This document shows, in pieces, positions 52,136-64,000 of a DNA stretch of 64,000 nucleotides. The stretch comes from Dendrobates tinctorius. Its lineage: Eukaryota. Location: positions 124,001 to 188,000 of the forward strand of contig NW_027361990.1 of the NCBI RefSeq assembly GCF_039654945.1. The letters run 5' to 3'. Within the stretch, counting starts at the first letter, position 1; every line of letters begins with the position of its first letter. The translations under genes and the position numbers were made by a program. The notes below the pieces were generated by a model that did not search any database, had not been told where the DNA came from, and worked only from the letters and a program-made list of their open reading frames with translations.

Positions 52136-55100
52136 TTTATAAGTTTGCGTTTTCTGATGTACGAAATCTGTAGCGCTGCCTAAAAGCAGAGCGATAATGT
52201 AGGAGCGGCCGAATGTATATGTACAATGGTAACACTTTGGACGGCGCCTGGTGCTAATTGCGGTGAGAACGCCGCCATCCAGACCGCTGGCATTGAAGTT
52301 TCCGGAGTTGCCTCCATCCCTGGAGGATTTAATATCTGCTCGTATTGATGTGAAGTCACCGCATAGTTTACTAATGTGGACTGGGGAGGAAAAGACGTCA
52401 TTTTGAGGGAGATTTATGACAATTATACTGAAGAGGAAAGTAGGGGGTTGCCTATAGCAACTGATTAGATTCCTACGCTTATTCCGTGGTTGCTATGGAA
52501 ACTGCTCCACTTCCTATTCCTCTGGTTTTGATAAATCTGCTCTTGTGTCTGGAGCAACTGGAAATAAACAGATCAGGTGACTGGTGGAAATGGGATGCCG
52601 GCACCTGGCTCTTTTTGGGTCATTTTCTAATAATATTATGGATGTTTTTAGCCTTGCAAATTTAGCTCCAGGCCCGGCAGAGGAAGCTGCGAGTCCCCGG
52701 ATCTGTGCGAGGATCGCACGAAACGTCGCTCACAATACTTTTTTTTATGCACAGATGAATAACTGGCCTTAGAGTAAAAGTCGTTATTCCGCTAAACTAC
52801 AACAAAATGCACCTTATATGTAATCTGAAGGTGAAAAAGGGGCACCAAAGGGCCATTATAGAGCCAAAAGGTTCAGCTTTACCCCGTAGTGAGATGCGGG
52901 CATCTAGAGAAAGCCGTGCGATGCATGTAATGGCTCTGGGCCGGTGATTGAAGGTTCCCTTGTAGAGTCTCTTGCTCCGGAGCAATGAGTTGTCACCATG
53001 AGCAGCCACAGGATGGTAGGTAATGTGTCAGTGTGAACACGGTTTACCTGACAGGACCCGGCTGTATTATCGGGTCCATTCACCTCTGCGTGATGACGCC
53101 CTGTGTGATCCGCATCCTGTCTGCCGCCCATGGAATAGACTTTGCTCTACAATGTAATCTGTGATGGGGGAGACATTGCCCTGAAGAGCAGGTAAGTTTG
53201 ACCCCATGTGGAGCCTGTGGGGGTCCTACGGAGTCCTATGAGGATTGGGGTTTACATTGCAAGATTTACTAGTCATCAATATTTCTAGCTATTTGTTTTT
53301 AACCCTCCTATATGAGCAGTGCATTAGCCCTGGTTATTTCTTATGCTTTGTTAGGGGTTGGAATCCCAATTTTCTAAGACTGGGCTACAAATCTTCCCCA
53401 ATGATAATGGAATAAAATGTTCTTCCTGCAGCAGTCACTAGAGGGAGCCGAGGAGCTCTATGCATACTGATCTACATTGATACAGTGATGTACAGTGAGC
53501 TCCCCCTAGTGGTGGCTGCAGACATGTATTCTACCGTTTAGATATACAGTATTGGTCTTAAGAGGAGACCCTTGGGAAGGGGAGGGCTGGTCCATCGGCT
53601 GAGACCGGGAGGGGGGCGGACACCGCTGAGACCTGTAGGATGGGGACTGCCAGCTGAGACCATGGGGGTGGGGGATGCTTATTATGGCTCCATTCACACA
53701 GGGGACTCATGGGGCTCCATTCTTGTGACCGGCTGGGTCCCAGCAGTGGTCATACATTGCCCGTTGATCTGCTGCCTCCATGCTTGTGTTTCCGGTTTTG
53801 CCGCGGTCTTGGAGGCACCTGTTGAGCTCTATTTCTGTTTGTTTTGCTCGTCTTTTAATTGACCCATTAGAGCCGTACATTATACATGGCTGGATTAATG
53901 GGTGCCAAGGGAATCGAGCCACCCAGGCACACACCGCTCTGGATGGCAGATGGATGGAGGAGCTGCCGTGTCCTATACTGTAAACTATCCTTATAGTTAT
54001 GTGGTATGAAGCTTGAATGGAAGGTCCAGGTTTAGACAAACATGGCTGTCATCTGAGAAACAGAGGCAGCCCTGACCATTGGTTGTGTCTGACATTGCAG
54101 CACGGCTCCATTCACTTCAAGGGGTTGCAGTACCAGATATAACCTGTGACCAGAGGTAGCGCTGTTCTTGAAAGAAAGCAGCCATGTTCTAATTCTGTAC
54201 AATCCCTTTAAGTTCTTTAATTTAGCGTCCATTTAAATGCAGCTGTGGGTATTATATGCAATGTTATTATACGCAGAGGGGTGAGATACTTATGCACCTG
54301 TTATTGACCCTGGGGAGAAACACTCCATTGTCCCCAAAATGGCGGATTAGTGCCATATGACGATCGTATGCATAGCTGTCAATATGTGGTCACTTATTGT
54401 AATTTTTATGTACAGGGGGTCGCTGTGACGTCTCCAGCCTCCCTTGCTTGTTGCAGGTTCTGGGGGTCTTGTCAACCAGATGGGGGGGCTGTAAGAAATA
54501 ACTAATACTTACAGCAGAAAGTTATAGGCCGTTTTCCATTTGCATCAATGATTTGGTCATCTGCACAATTGCAACTTTACATCTTTGTTTTTTCCATGTG
54601 GAAGAAATCTAAATCCACATCTTACGTCCAGACAGTCTAGAAGGACAAAGTAACCCTTGTCCACGGACCTCGGGGAGGGTCCGGCCATGCAATGTAGTGA
54701 ATAGCGGCTCGAGGTCGCAGTGCCATCGCGTATCACACCCCTTTATCCTCGCTCTCCTGGCAGATTTCTCCGGCTGGCCGTCCTATCGGCAGTGGTTTAT
54801 GGAGCGCTCGCTTATCAGTGTTTTATGACTTTGCTCTCACAGCGACTTGTGCTAATCAATAAGCAGTAGTTTACCCTGATAAGACTCCTCTTATCTTATA
54901 TGGACTAGCCGTGGTTATCAATCGATTTCTTCTTAGCAATCATTGCAAAAAAAGTCTTCTGAAAAGTCCGTAACCTTGATACAAAGCTTATTAAAAATGT
55001 CTTAAAGAAGCCCCTTTTATCACGGTATATATGTCATAGAGGAGGGTCCCCGTGCCGCTGGCCTGCACCATGCGCTCTCTGAGCAGCGACACTGATCCAC

Positions 55101-55544
55101 CGTCTGACGGCTCCAGGGCAAAGAGCTTGTAAATGGGCAGCCATTCTCTCGTCTATCAGACCGCCATGCTGGGTAATAGTGCGCTATCTGCCGAAGACGT
55201 CCCCTTTATATACAGGCGCAGAGCGAGGGATGTGATATCACTGTTTTTCCCCCTTTGATACAAATATGCCTGCAAAACATGGCATGTGATCTGTTAGGTA
55301 CATTTGCTAAAGAGACTGCTAGGTCCTCGGCCTGATAGGAAAATATGAAAAGTTTTCCACCCTTGGTACATAGTGAAGTGTGTTTTGGACGGCTGCGCTG
55401 CACCATTCATGATCCAAGCTGGCAGGGATCCGGCTCTGGCAGTGATTGAGGGGGTGAGTCATGGGATGTATAGTGTTAAATAACAGCCCGAATACTGATG
55501 CAGTCTTTTGGCAATGCCCTCCTGATGCCTGCTTGGACTAGTTA

Positions 55545-55910
55545 GCGGTGCCCCCCTCGGTGCTCGTTTGGTCCTGGACAGTTTGACGTAGCCCCCCGGT
55601 GCTTGTTTGGTCTTGGGCTGTTCGGTGGTGCCCCCCCCCGTGCTCGTTTGGTCTTGGACAGTTTGACGTAGCCCCCTGGTGCTTGTTTGGTCTTGGGCTG
55701 TTTGGTGGTGCCCCCCCCCCCCCGTGCTCGTTTGGTCTTTGGACAGTTTGACGTAGCCCCCTGGTGCTTGTTTGGTCTTGGCTCTTTGGGGGTGCAACCC
55801 CCCCCCCCCCCCCGGTGCTCGTTTGGTCTTGGACAGTTTGACGTAGCCCCCTGGTGCTTGTTTGGTCTTGGGCTGTCTGGTGGTGCCCCCGGTGCTCGTT
55901 TGGTCTTGGA
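55545..55910. repeat. ~80-bp composite tandem repeat with poly-C runs
   Basis: gtgctcgtttggtcttggacagtttgacgtagcccc repeated about 4 times. Confidence 0.8.
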
Positions 55911-56755
55911 ATGGTTGGCGATGCCCCAGTGCTCGTCTGAGCTGGATTGTGGTGCCCCCAAGACTAGGCTGAGTTTGGGGGTTGTGTTATGGCTTCCTTG
56001 GTGGCCGTGCCGGGTAAGGACTGTACACAGGGTTAGGGTCAGGACCCGCTGTGCTATGGTTTTGAGCAGTTGTGTCACGTTCTCCTCCCCGTTGGGTGCA
56101 GATGAGGAAGTGGTGATATTACGGCGTGGTATTAGCCTGAGCGCCTGACTTCCTCTTGTACGTTCACGAAGTGACTATCAGATCCTTCGCCTCCAGTGTT
56201 ATTTCCGTTTTATATACTTATTTTGATATAATGAGCAGGTCCAGGACGCTGAGATCTTGTGGAGCCGTCGTGCTGTAGAGCAGCTTGGGTGATTGCCTCC
56301 AGGGCAGGGAGCATATATGGACTGGTTGTACTGATGCAAAGAGGAAGGGATCTGCAGGCCCCCATGGGTGCGGATGAGAGGGAGGGGTGGGCACCCCGTG
56401 GGTGGGTGAGAGGTAGGCGTGGGTGCAGATGAGAGAGAGAGAGGGAGGGGTGGGCCCCCCATGGGTGGGTTCGGGTAATAGAGGGAGGCACGGGCCCTAC
56501 TTGAGTACAGGTGAGAGAGGTGCGGGCAAGAAGTGAGGCGCAGGCCCTCCGTGAGCTCTGATGAGAGAGGTGCTGGCAAGGAGTGAGGCGCAGGCCCCCC
56601 CGTGAGTACTGGTGAGAAAGGTGCGGGCAAGGAGGGAGGCGCGGGTCCCCAGTGGGTGTGGGCGAGAGAACCTATCTGTAGACATTGCTGGAATATCTGT
56701 CGTGCACTTTTTCACATCCTTTCTTTGTTCTTCCCGGCAGGACTTCAGGTTCACC

Positions 56756-56944
56756 ATGGCATCCATTCCAGATTTCTACAGAGGGAAGAACGTCCTCATC
56801 ACCGGAGCCACCGGCTTCATGGGGAAGGTTCTCCTGGAGAAGTTGCTAAGATCTTGCCCAGGGATTAGAGCCGTCTATGCGCTTGTGCGACCCAAAGCGA
56901 GCCAGAAGCCTCAGGAGCGGGTTGCAGAAATGATGAGCTGCAAG
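56756..56944 (+). CDS. far1: Fatty acyl-CoA reductase 1, first coding exon (63 codons)
   Basis: [35 protein letters not shown] (Rossmann TGxxGxxG). Acceptors at 56740/56748, Kozak CACCATGG, donor AAG|GTGGGT. Confidence 0.93.
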
Positions 56945-58080
56945 GTGGGTGCTAAGTCAGATCTGCTGGCTGCTAACAGAGAACACTAGATCGCATTCAG
57001 CTGCAGAGAAGATGACCTCTGGGGTCTCTTTAGCACTGGTGCATTGGAGCTCTGATGTTTTACTGACAGCTCGACCTTGAGATACTTGCACAACATATCT
57101 GTGCGTTACATGACATTTGCACTACCGGTGAGGGCAGCGATGGTTCCCACGTGGATTTAAAGTGACGCGCTCCCCTGGTAGAGATGCTGATCTGCCATGG
57201 TAACCAGCACAAAGGGAGAGTGAGAAAGATGGTTTGTACTTGCCATAGGGTGACTTACTTTGCTGTACATGGATGGACTCTATTTTTGGCATACTGTCGA
57301 GTGAATACGTTTGTCCTGGATCTTTTCTTGGCGTATTCATCATGCGAATCGCCTCGCACAAGCTGGTCAGTCAGCCACATCAGTAATCTGTGACTGCCGG
57401 CGTGATTCGTGAGGACCACCCCTTACCTGGCTTCATTCACGGCTCCTCTTTTGATTAGCCGGCCTGGCGTGACGTCGTTCCGGTGTAACGCACATGGGAT
57501 GTCGCGACAGGCCAGCTAATGAAAAAAGATAAGCCACGAATGCCACCAGGTACGAGGCGATCCTTATAGTTCCTGTTCAGCAGCCACAGGTCACTGACGG
57601 GACCGATGGACCCGGTTGTGCAAATTGATCATGAAAACTTCATAAGTGCTGGAATCACATTTTCTTTTTTTGATGCCTATTTTTGAGACAAAGCCAGGAA
57701 TAGACTTGCAAGAAATGGGAATTATAGTGGAAAGATGGAACCGTCTCTTTACTGTTGGATCCACTTCTGGCTTTCGTTTTAAGACCTGCATCTAAAATTG
57801 AAGTGTGATTGCAGCCCAAGACCTTTCGTCAGTAGCCGTGGGTGGTGAGCCTCCAGAGTCAAGGTCAGGGCCCTACTCCCTTCTGGCATTGGGCCATGCG
57901 GTGATTCAGCATGAGGAGATATTCGGCTGCTCAAAAGATCCTGTAAGTGCAGGCTGTGTATCTCTGTGCCCCCAGCACCTAGGCCCGGTGTGACGTCACC
58001 GTTCCAGCGTAGGGTGCTCAGTTCTTGGGTATTACTAATGTTTCTGGATATGTCAGTGATGGTTTCTTTCCCTCCTTCAG

Positions 58081-58256
58081 CTGTTTGACCGGTTGAGAGA
58101 GGAGCAGCCGCGTTGTGCCGAGAAACTGATTGCGGTGAGCAGTGAACTGACGCAGCCGGAGCTGGACCTGAGCCGAGAAGACCAGGACATGTTGATAGAC
58201 TGCATTGATATAGTATTCCACTGTGCAGCCACCGTGCGCTTCAATGAGTCGCTCCG
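58081..58256 (+). CDS. far1: Fatty acyl-CoA reductase 1, second coding exon (176 nt)
   Basis: Acceptor ttctttccctccttcAG. Reads [58 protein letters not shown]. Donor CG|GTGAGT. Absent from the ORF track. Confidence 0.93.
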
Positions 58257-59970
58257 GTGAGTTTGTCATTTAAGTGTGTTCCCAAAGGGAGACAAAAATG
58301 CTATTAATGCAGGAGGCGAGGGGGCGGCACAGCTTTACCTGCCTGATGGCACAGCCTAGGTCTGTGCAGCGAGGAGGCTGGGTGCTGAGTATATCATCAG
58401 TGGCAAAGAGCCGCTCAGATGCATAACTTCTCATGTCATTACATTACCCCGGAGAAGGTCAGGATTTGTCCGGGGGCCGGAGAACGGGGACATTCAATTT
58501 CTTCTACTGATGAGCCTGCAGCTGTTCCTGGCCTGTGCCTGTAATTGCAGACCTGGCACATGATTCATGCTGCACAAATCACGGGCAGCGTGCGTCGGAG
58601 CCTGGTGCACGATTACAGAGCTATTCGGAGAATATCAAGTTAGTAGCGTTTAGTGCTGCGCTGCCCCTGCCGGATTACCCAGCGCTGCTTGTTTTGATTG
58701 ACAGGTCTCTCCCACTCTGAGTTGCTGGGAGAAGCCGACTGTGGATCTACTGACCCAAACTCGCAGCCTTCTAGTCGTATTAGAGGCTGCTGAGTTCGGG
58801 TCAGACGCAGTCCTTAGTTTGTTTGTCAGACGTCTGACTTCAGCCTATTGGAGGACTCTGGCCTTCTTGGTTTATAGCATGGCGGTTGTCACTAGTCAGT
58901 CGGCCTCAATACAGTCAGTTGTATTTTTAAGGACCGTGACATGTCCACGCAGTCTCGGTATTATGGTTGGTGACTACTTGTATCTTCCACCTTGATATAT
59001 TTGCAATCACGATCAGGTTTATAATTCCTGTGCTTGCACTTTAAGACGGAGCAGTTTCTGTATAAGTCTCCATCTGATATTGGCCGGCGTCTCCACATAC
59101 AGCGAGATACATCATGGATATCAGTATCCATCTGTTAGTCTCCTCGCGGCCTGCCAGCCTTCTCATCATCCCTGCGGTGGGAGAAGCCAGTAGCAGCACG
59201 ATCTTCCCTTACTGTCTGATGTATCGCGTACCTGTTTGTGCAGGCGATCACTGCTGAGATGTCAGATGGCTCATGACTGGTCCAGGTCAGATATGTCACT
59301 TCGACTCATGTCATCATGGTCACCGCAGTGTCAGAAGCTATTTCATGATAACTAATGTTACCTTGACGTATGAGCCAAAACACACTGGAATATTGCATAA
59401 CTAGGAATCGGTGTCACCAATGATATCACAGCAAATGGTGTACAGACCCGAGGCCCAGGAGAGGCGATGAGCTGCCCTTGTACCGCAACATGCCGGTCTC
59501 TACAGCTCACCACAAGGAGGGGGCGCTGCAGTCACAGCGGCAACTTACCCAACATAATGGGGAAATGTCACTTTTGGAAATCATGGCTACTTGTAGGCAG
59601 CCGCCTGACATTACTTTTGTATTCGGGAACCTACTGCAGACATCTTAATTACTCATCAGGAGTGAAAGCTATGGGCACTTACTTCTGATTTTATTTTATT
59701 TTATTTATTTATTTATTTATTTTACTTCCCAAATACAAAATTGAGGTACTTCGTATGAGATCTTCCCCACTACTCGCATTTGTTAGAGGTAGCAACCAGC
59801 ATGGGGGGCAGGTTGTGCACAGTAGATCAGAGTGTGAAGAGGCAGGGAAGCATCTAAGTCTTCAGGAATGGCCGGACATGAATAGCTAACATCCAACCTG
59901 TATTACTGGGGGGGGGGCAGACTGACCTCACATCCATCCTGTATTACAGGGGGACACGCAGACTTCACAC

Positions 59971-62863
59971 CAGGGCTGTGGAGTCGGTAAGCCACAGTTG
60001 CGACTCTGACTCCTGGATTTTATCAGGCTCCGACTCCGGCTCCGACTCCTTCATAAATGGCCAATTCATAACAAATTTGCTGTTGTAAAATATTAAACAT
60101 CATGCTTATTCAGTTTCTCACCATCATATAAGTAATCAGACCACTTAGAGCAAAAACTACATTTATTAGAATACAATTAGAATATAGCAAATAACTTTTA
60201 TAAACTTTTCTAAACTGTTAGTAAATATGCAATAAACACTTTTATGCAGTTAATAAGAAGAAATCTATAAATTTGTCCTCAGAAAAAGTATTGCCTCTGT
60301 CAGATCCTCCTTCATGGATGCCCTCAAATCTGATCTAATTATTTTGAGAGCAGAGAACAACCTCTCTACACTAACTTGTGTTGGTGGCAAAGCAGTAACC
60401 ACTCGGGCAACATCTCTGACAATGTCAGGATACAGAGGAATCGCTTGTTGCACTGTTATTTTTGATGAACGGTCAAATTTCTCAATTTCTTTTAGTGCAC
60501 ATGAAAAATTCTGCTGAAATGTACTGGCTGTGTTCCTTGATGGGGATGACTCTTCTTCTATGCGGGAACGCTTTGCACGGTCCTTGTGATCCAAATATTT
60601 TTCGAAATTAAATTCTTCATCAGTTGATGATGAGGGTGAAGATGTGGCAGGACGACCAAATTCTTCTTGTTCCTCCTGACTGTTCTGCAACCCTTTCATC
60701 CTTACTGCTATTTCAAACAGAGCTTCTTTTCCTTTACTTAGCTGTTGATCATCTAGAAGAATCCGATGCATTGGGTCTACATAAACAGCTGCCAAAAGAA
60801 TGTTATTTTGTAATAGTAGCTCCTCTCTCCGTTTCATTGATGTAGCAATGCCACTTGCAATTAACCCTCCTCTTTGGGACAGGCGAAACATCAGGTTCTT
60901 CCACTCCTTTAAGAAAATACCTGGAGTTAAGTCCTCTGCTTGTAATTTTTTAGTCACTGTAAATGGGTGCTCTAGCAATTTTTCCAGCTGTCACCTGATT
61001 CCACTGACTTTCATTTAGCGTCAGTTGAGGGTTAGCCATGTCTACAAGAAAGGTTTTCAGTTCAACCAAGCGCTGAATCATTAAGTAAGTACTGCCCCAT
61101 CGTGTGGCTTGATCAATAATTGCCCCTTTTCCAGCACGTCTCTTCAAAATTGAGTCAACTTTAGGGGTTCTGGCAACAGTAGCCAATTTTCTCACCTTGC
61201 CAATCAGTGCAGCAGCATGTCCTTCTTGCAGACTGTCTCTTATAGCCAGCTGTAGCGTATGCACAACACAGCACATGTGATGAATGAAAGAACATATCGA
61301 CACAGTTTCAACAAGATCATCTAAACTATCATGTTGCTGTTCATCTGAAGCAACTTCAGTTTGCTCCTCAGTTACAATACTGTGTTCCTCTATTTCAAAC
61401 ATTTCTGTGTCTGTGGACCCAGAATGTTCTTCTAGCTGCTGGTCACCATCATTACTCTCATTCATTAGCTTAATAGTACTTATCATATTTGAAGCATTGT
61501 CAGTTACGACAGAAAGAACTTGCTCTTTAAGTTCATAGTCTTGCAGAACCTTTTCCACCAAGACCTGGAGAAACTCACTGGTGTGATGAGCTTTGGTGTC
61601 TTTTACTGCCAATGTCTTGGTAACTATTTCATTTTTGTCACAAACAAATCGGACATTGATGGCAAAATAGTTCACTCTGTGACGTGTGCAGGCATCCATT
61701 TTAAGAAACAGAAAGCGTCCCTTGAGATTTTTTTTAAGTTCTTCCTTTTGTTTAAAAGCTTCTTCGATTACTAATTTTCTAATACTCTCTCTCCAGAGAA
61801 ACACCAAGCTTGTGGGCCATTTCCCCATTCAGACACACAAAAGCTGGTCGTGAAAATAATGAAATAGGCACACTATCCTTTACAACAAGCTCTATGATCT
61901 GTTTTTTAAATGTATCTACTGTCATTGTCACAGTAACTTTTTCACTGATAAAATATCTTGCAACTGATGGCTGCAAAGTTCTCTGCTCCTTTGTTTGGCT
62001 GGAAGAGCTGGGCACTGGTTCATTGGTTTGGATGCAGTCTTTCTCATCCACTGCTTTCAGTACTTCTGGATGAAAGCGCTGTAAATGTCTCTTTAGATTA
62101 GAAGCTCTGGTAGGAGCATTTTTATCTTTGCCTGAATATGCACTCAACTTGGCTTCACAGCATTTGTTTTCATCTGGATCATTTGTCATACACTGACAGA
62201 CATAATGTTTTCTATCTTGAGTGATGGTGAAATGTTCAAATACAGCTGATTTAATGTGATGCTTCTTTGACATTCTCAGGTTTTTAATTCTGCATTCACA
62301 ATCCAAATGACAATTGTTTTTCCTAAAAACAATTGTACAAAATTATTGCCAGGTCGTACAACTGATATAGTGGTCAGTAATACTGTTATTATTCCTCATG
62401 TACTCACAGTTAACTGATGCAAAGTTTATTGAAAGGATAATACTTCTTACAGTCTTCCTCTTCTGAGTAGCAGGCAGCTGTGAGATGCTTGGAAGACGCA
62501 CACCTAGTATGATCTAGTCTAGAGGAGGAGCTTTACTACTAAGAATTTGCAACACATTTTCACTTTCAGTTTCATACATTGTAAGTAGGGGGGTTGGGGC
62601 AGCATGAGGTTAACCAAGTATAAGATAAGATAAGGGCAGTGGAGAACAGTGACACACAAGAAGTAAGAAATGTCTCTATCTCCAGCAGAACTGCTTATCA
62701 CTGTTGTTCATAGTTTGATAGAACATATATATTTGAGTAACATTTATAAAATTCATATGAAAGTTCAATTATGAAATATTAATACATTTTTTTTAAAGCT
62801 GGAGTCGGTACATTTCTACCGACTCCTACTCCAACCAAAACTAACTCCGACTCCACAGCCCTG
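59971..62863 (-). mobile_element. Autonomous-type hAT DNA transposon, 2893 bp, in a far1 intron
   Basis: Perfect 17-bp TIRs CAGGGCTGTGGAGTCGG; exact 8-bp TSD CTTCACAC (59963-59970, 62864-62871). Confidence 0.97.
60265..62273 (-). pseudogene. hAT transposase with BED finger, broken by two frameshifts
   Basis: BED (AVFEHF..C.C...SNLKRHLQRFH), FLKMD, VTDNASNM, CVVHTLQL, TRWGSTY, SVERLFS. Frameshifts at ~61785 and ~60990. Confidence 0.92.
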
Positions 62864-64000
62864 CTTCACACCCAGCCTGCATAGTACTGAGAAGTACACA
62901 CAGCTCACACCCAGCCTGTATAGTACGGAGAAGTACACACAGCTCACACCCAGCCTATATATTACTGGGAGGACGCACAGAGCTCACATCCAGCCTGTAT
63001 TACTGGGAGGACGCACAGAGCTCACATCCATCCTGTATTACAGGGGGACACGCAGACTTCACACCCAGCCTGTATAGTACAGAGAAGGACACGCAGACTT
63101 CACATCCAGCCTGTATAGTACAGAGAAGGACACGCAGAGCTCACATCCAGCCTGTATTACTGGGAGGACACGCAGAGCTCACATCCAGCCTGTATTACTG
63201 GGAGGACACGCAGAGCTCACATCCAGCCTGTATTACTGGGAGGACACGCAGGCCTCACATCCAGCCTGTATTACTGGGAGGACACGCAGGCCTCACATCC
63301 AGCCTGTATTATTGTAGGGGACTCCTTTTGATGCTGCTGGATTGAGCATGTTGCACCGATAATCTTGCATTTTGTACTGTACATATATGAGATCTGCAGA
63401 ACACGATTTACCGTGAAAAAGGGAAGCAACGTTTTGGCTTGATAAGATGTCCGGGTGATTAGTTGGCAGCCTCAGGTCCAGAGAGGTCATGGAGGCCTCC
63501 AGATGACATTGACGCTGCCGCTCTGATCTCCGGTAATAGAGGATAATGCAAAAATAGGTATAGTATGGACAGACACTGAGACGGGCTGGAAGGCCGTCCC
63601 GTGCTGCACCGCCGGTGCTCAGGATTATTTAGCCACTGTTCTAACCCACTTCTGTTGTCTTCAGGTTCACTTTATTTTTCTCTGTTGTAATCCTTCCATT
63701 TATGTTGTGACCCCCGCTTGTCTGATATTAATGACCTCTGTCCTGTACAAGCCCTTTTAACCCCTTCCTGATGTGTGATGTACATGGTGCCGGCGTGTGG
63801 AGCGGGCTCGGGTGCGGTGATACCACCAGCATCCGTCTGTAACTGCAGCTGAGCTCCGATCCAATCGCTGTTGGTAACTCCTGAAAGGCCGCCGCCAACA
63901 TGACAGCAGCATGTAATGCACATCATTCTGGGCACCCCACCCCCTGGGAGGTGATTACCGGGTACCCCCGAGTTCTGGAGGAAGACCTCCGTAGAGGCCA

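Larger units (their letters stand above)
59890..63310. repeat. ~40-bp minisatellite (ctcacatccagcctgtattactgggaggacacgcagag-like) split by the hAT insertion
   Basis: Copies at 59890-59970 and 62864-63310. Confidence 0.85.

Noticed and set aside
50416-52173. 506-aa ORF
   Set aside because: Translation of the 81-bp array, with frame switches at variable G-runs.
56612-56989. 125-aa ORF as a complete protein
   Set aside because: Only 56756-56944 is FAR1-like; the rest is intron read-through.
63650-63700. Acceptor-like site as the next far1 exon
   Set aside because: The downstream sequence does not encode the expected DA.QLNV continuation; the next exon is probably beyond the window.

Overview
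This is vertebrate genomic DNA, not prokaryotic. An anuran amphibian is inferred from the FAR1 sequence and the repeat families. The window is mostly tandem repeats and transposable elements, and nearly all long ORFs in the track are repeat artefacts. Two host genes can be built by hand. (1) A complete 4-exon secreted Kazal-type (SPINK-like) protease inhibitor on + (ATG 4142, stop 17250, 104 aa, predicted P1 Tyr, 25-aa tail). Its 9.8-kb first intron is almost entirely a 14/42-bp satellite with nested elements. (2) The 5' part of fatty acyl-CoA reductase 1 (far1) on +: a CpG-rich promoter and putative non-coding exon 1 near 45.5-45.7 kb, and coding exons 56756-56944 and 58081-58256. Mobile elements include a full-length Gmr1-like Gypsy LTR retrotransposon (37842-43055, PR-INT-RT-RH order, SCAN-like gag), a near-intact hAT transposon (59971-62863), a non-autonomous Helitron, nested chromoviral Gypsy relics and solo LTRs. 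There are also two CR1 LINEs (one with a minisatellite born from its RT motif), a V-SINE-like SINE, a Tc1 end and Penelope-like fragments with a hammerhead ribozyme motif. I see no clear new multi-gene system; the most interesting items are listed as findings.
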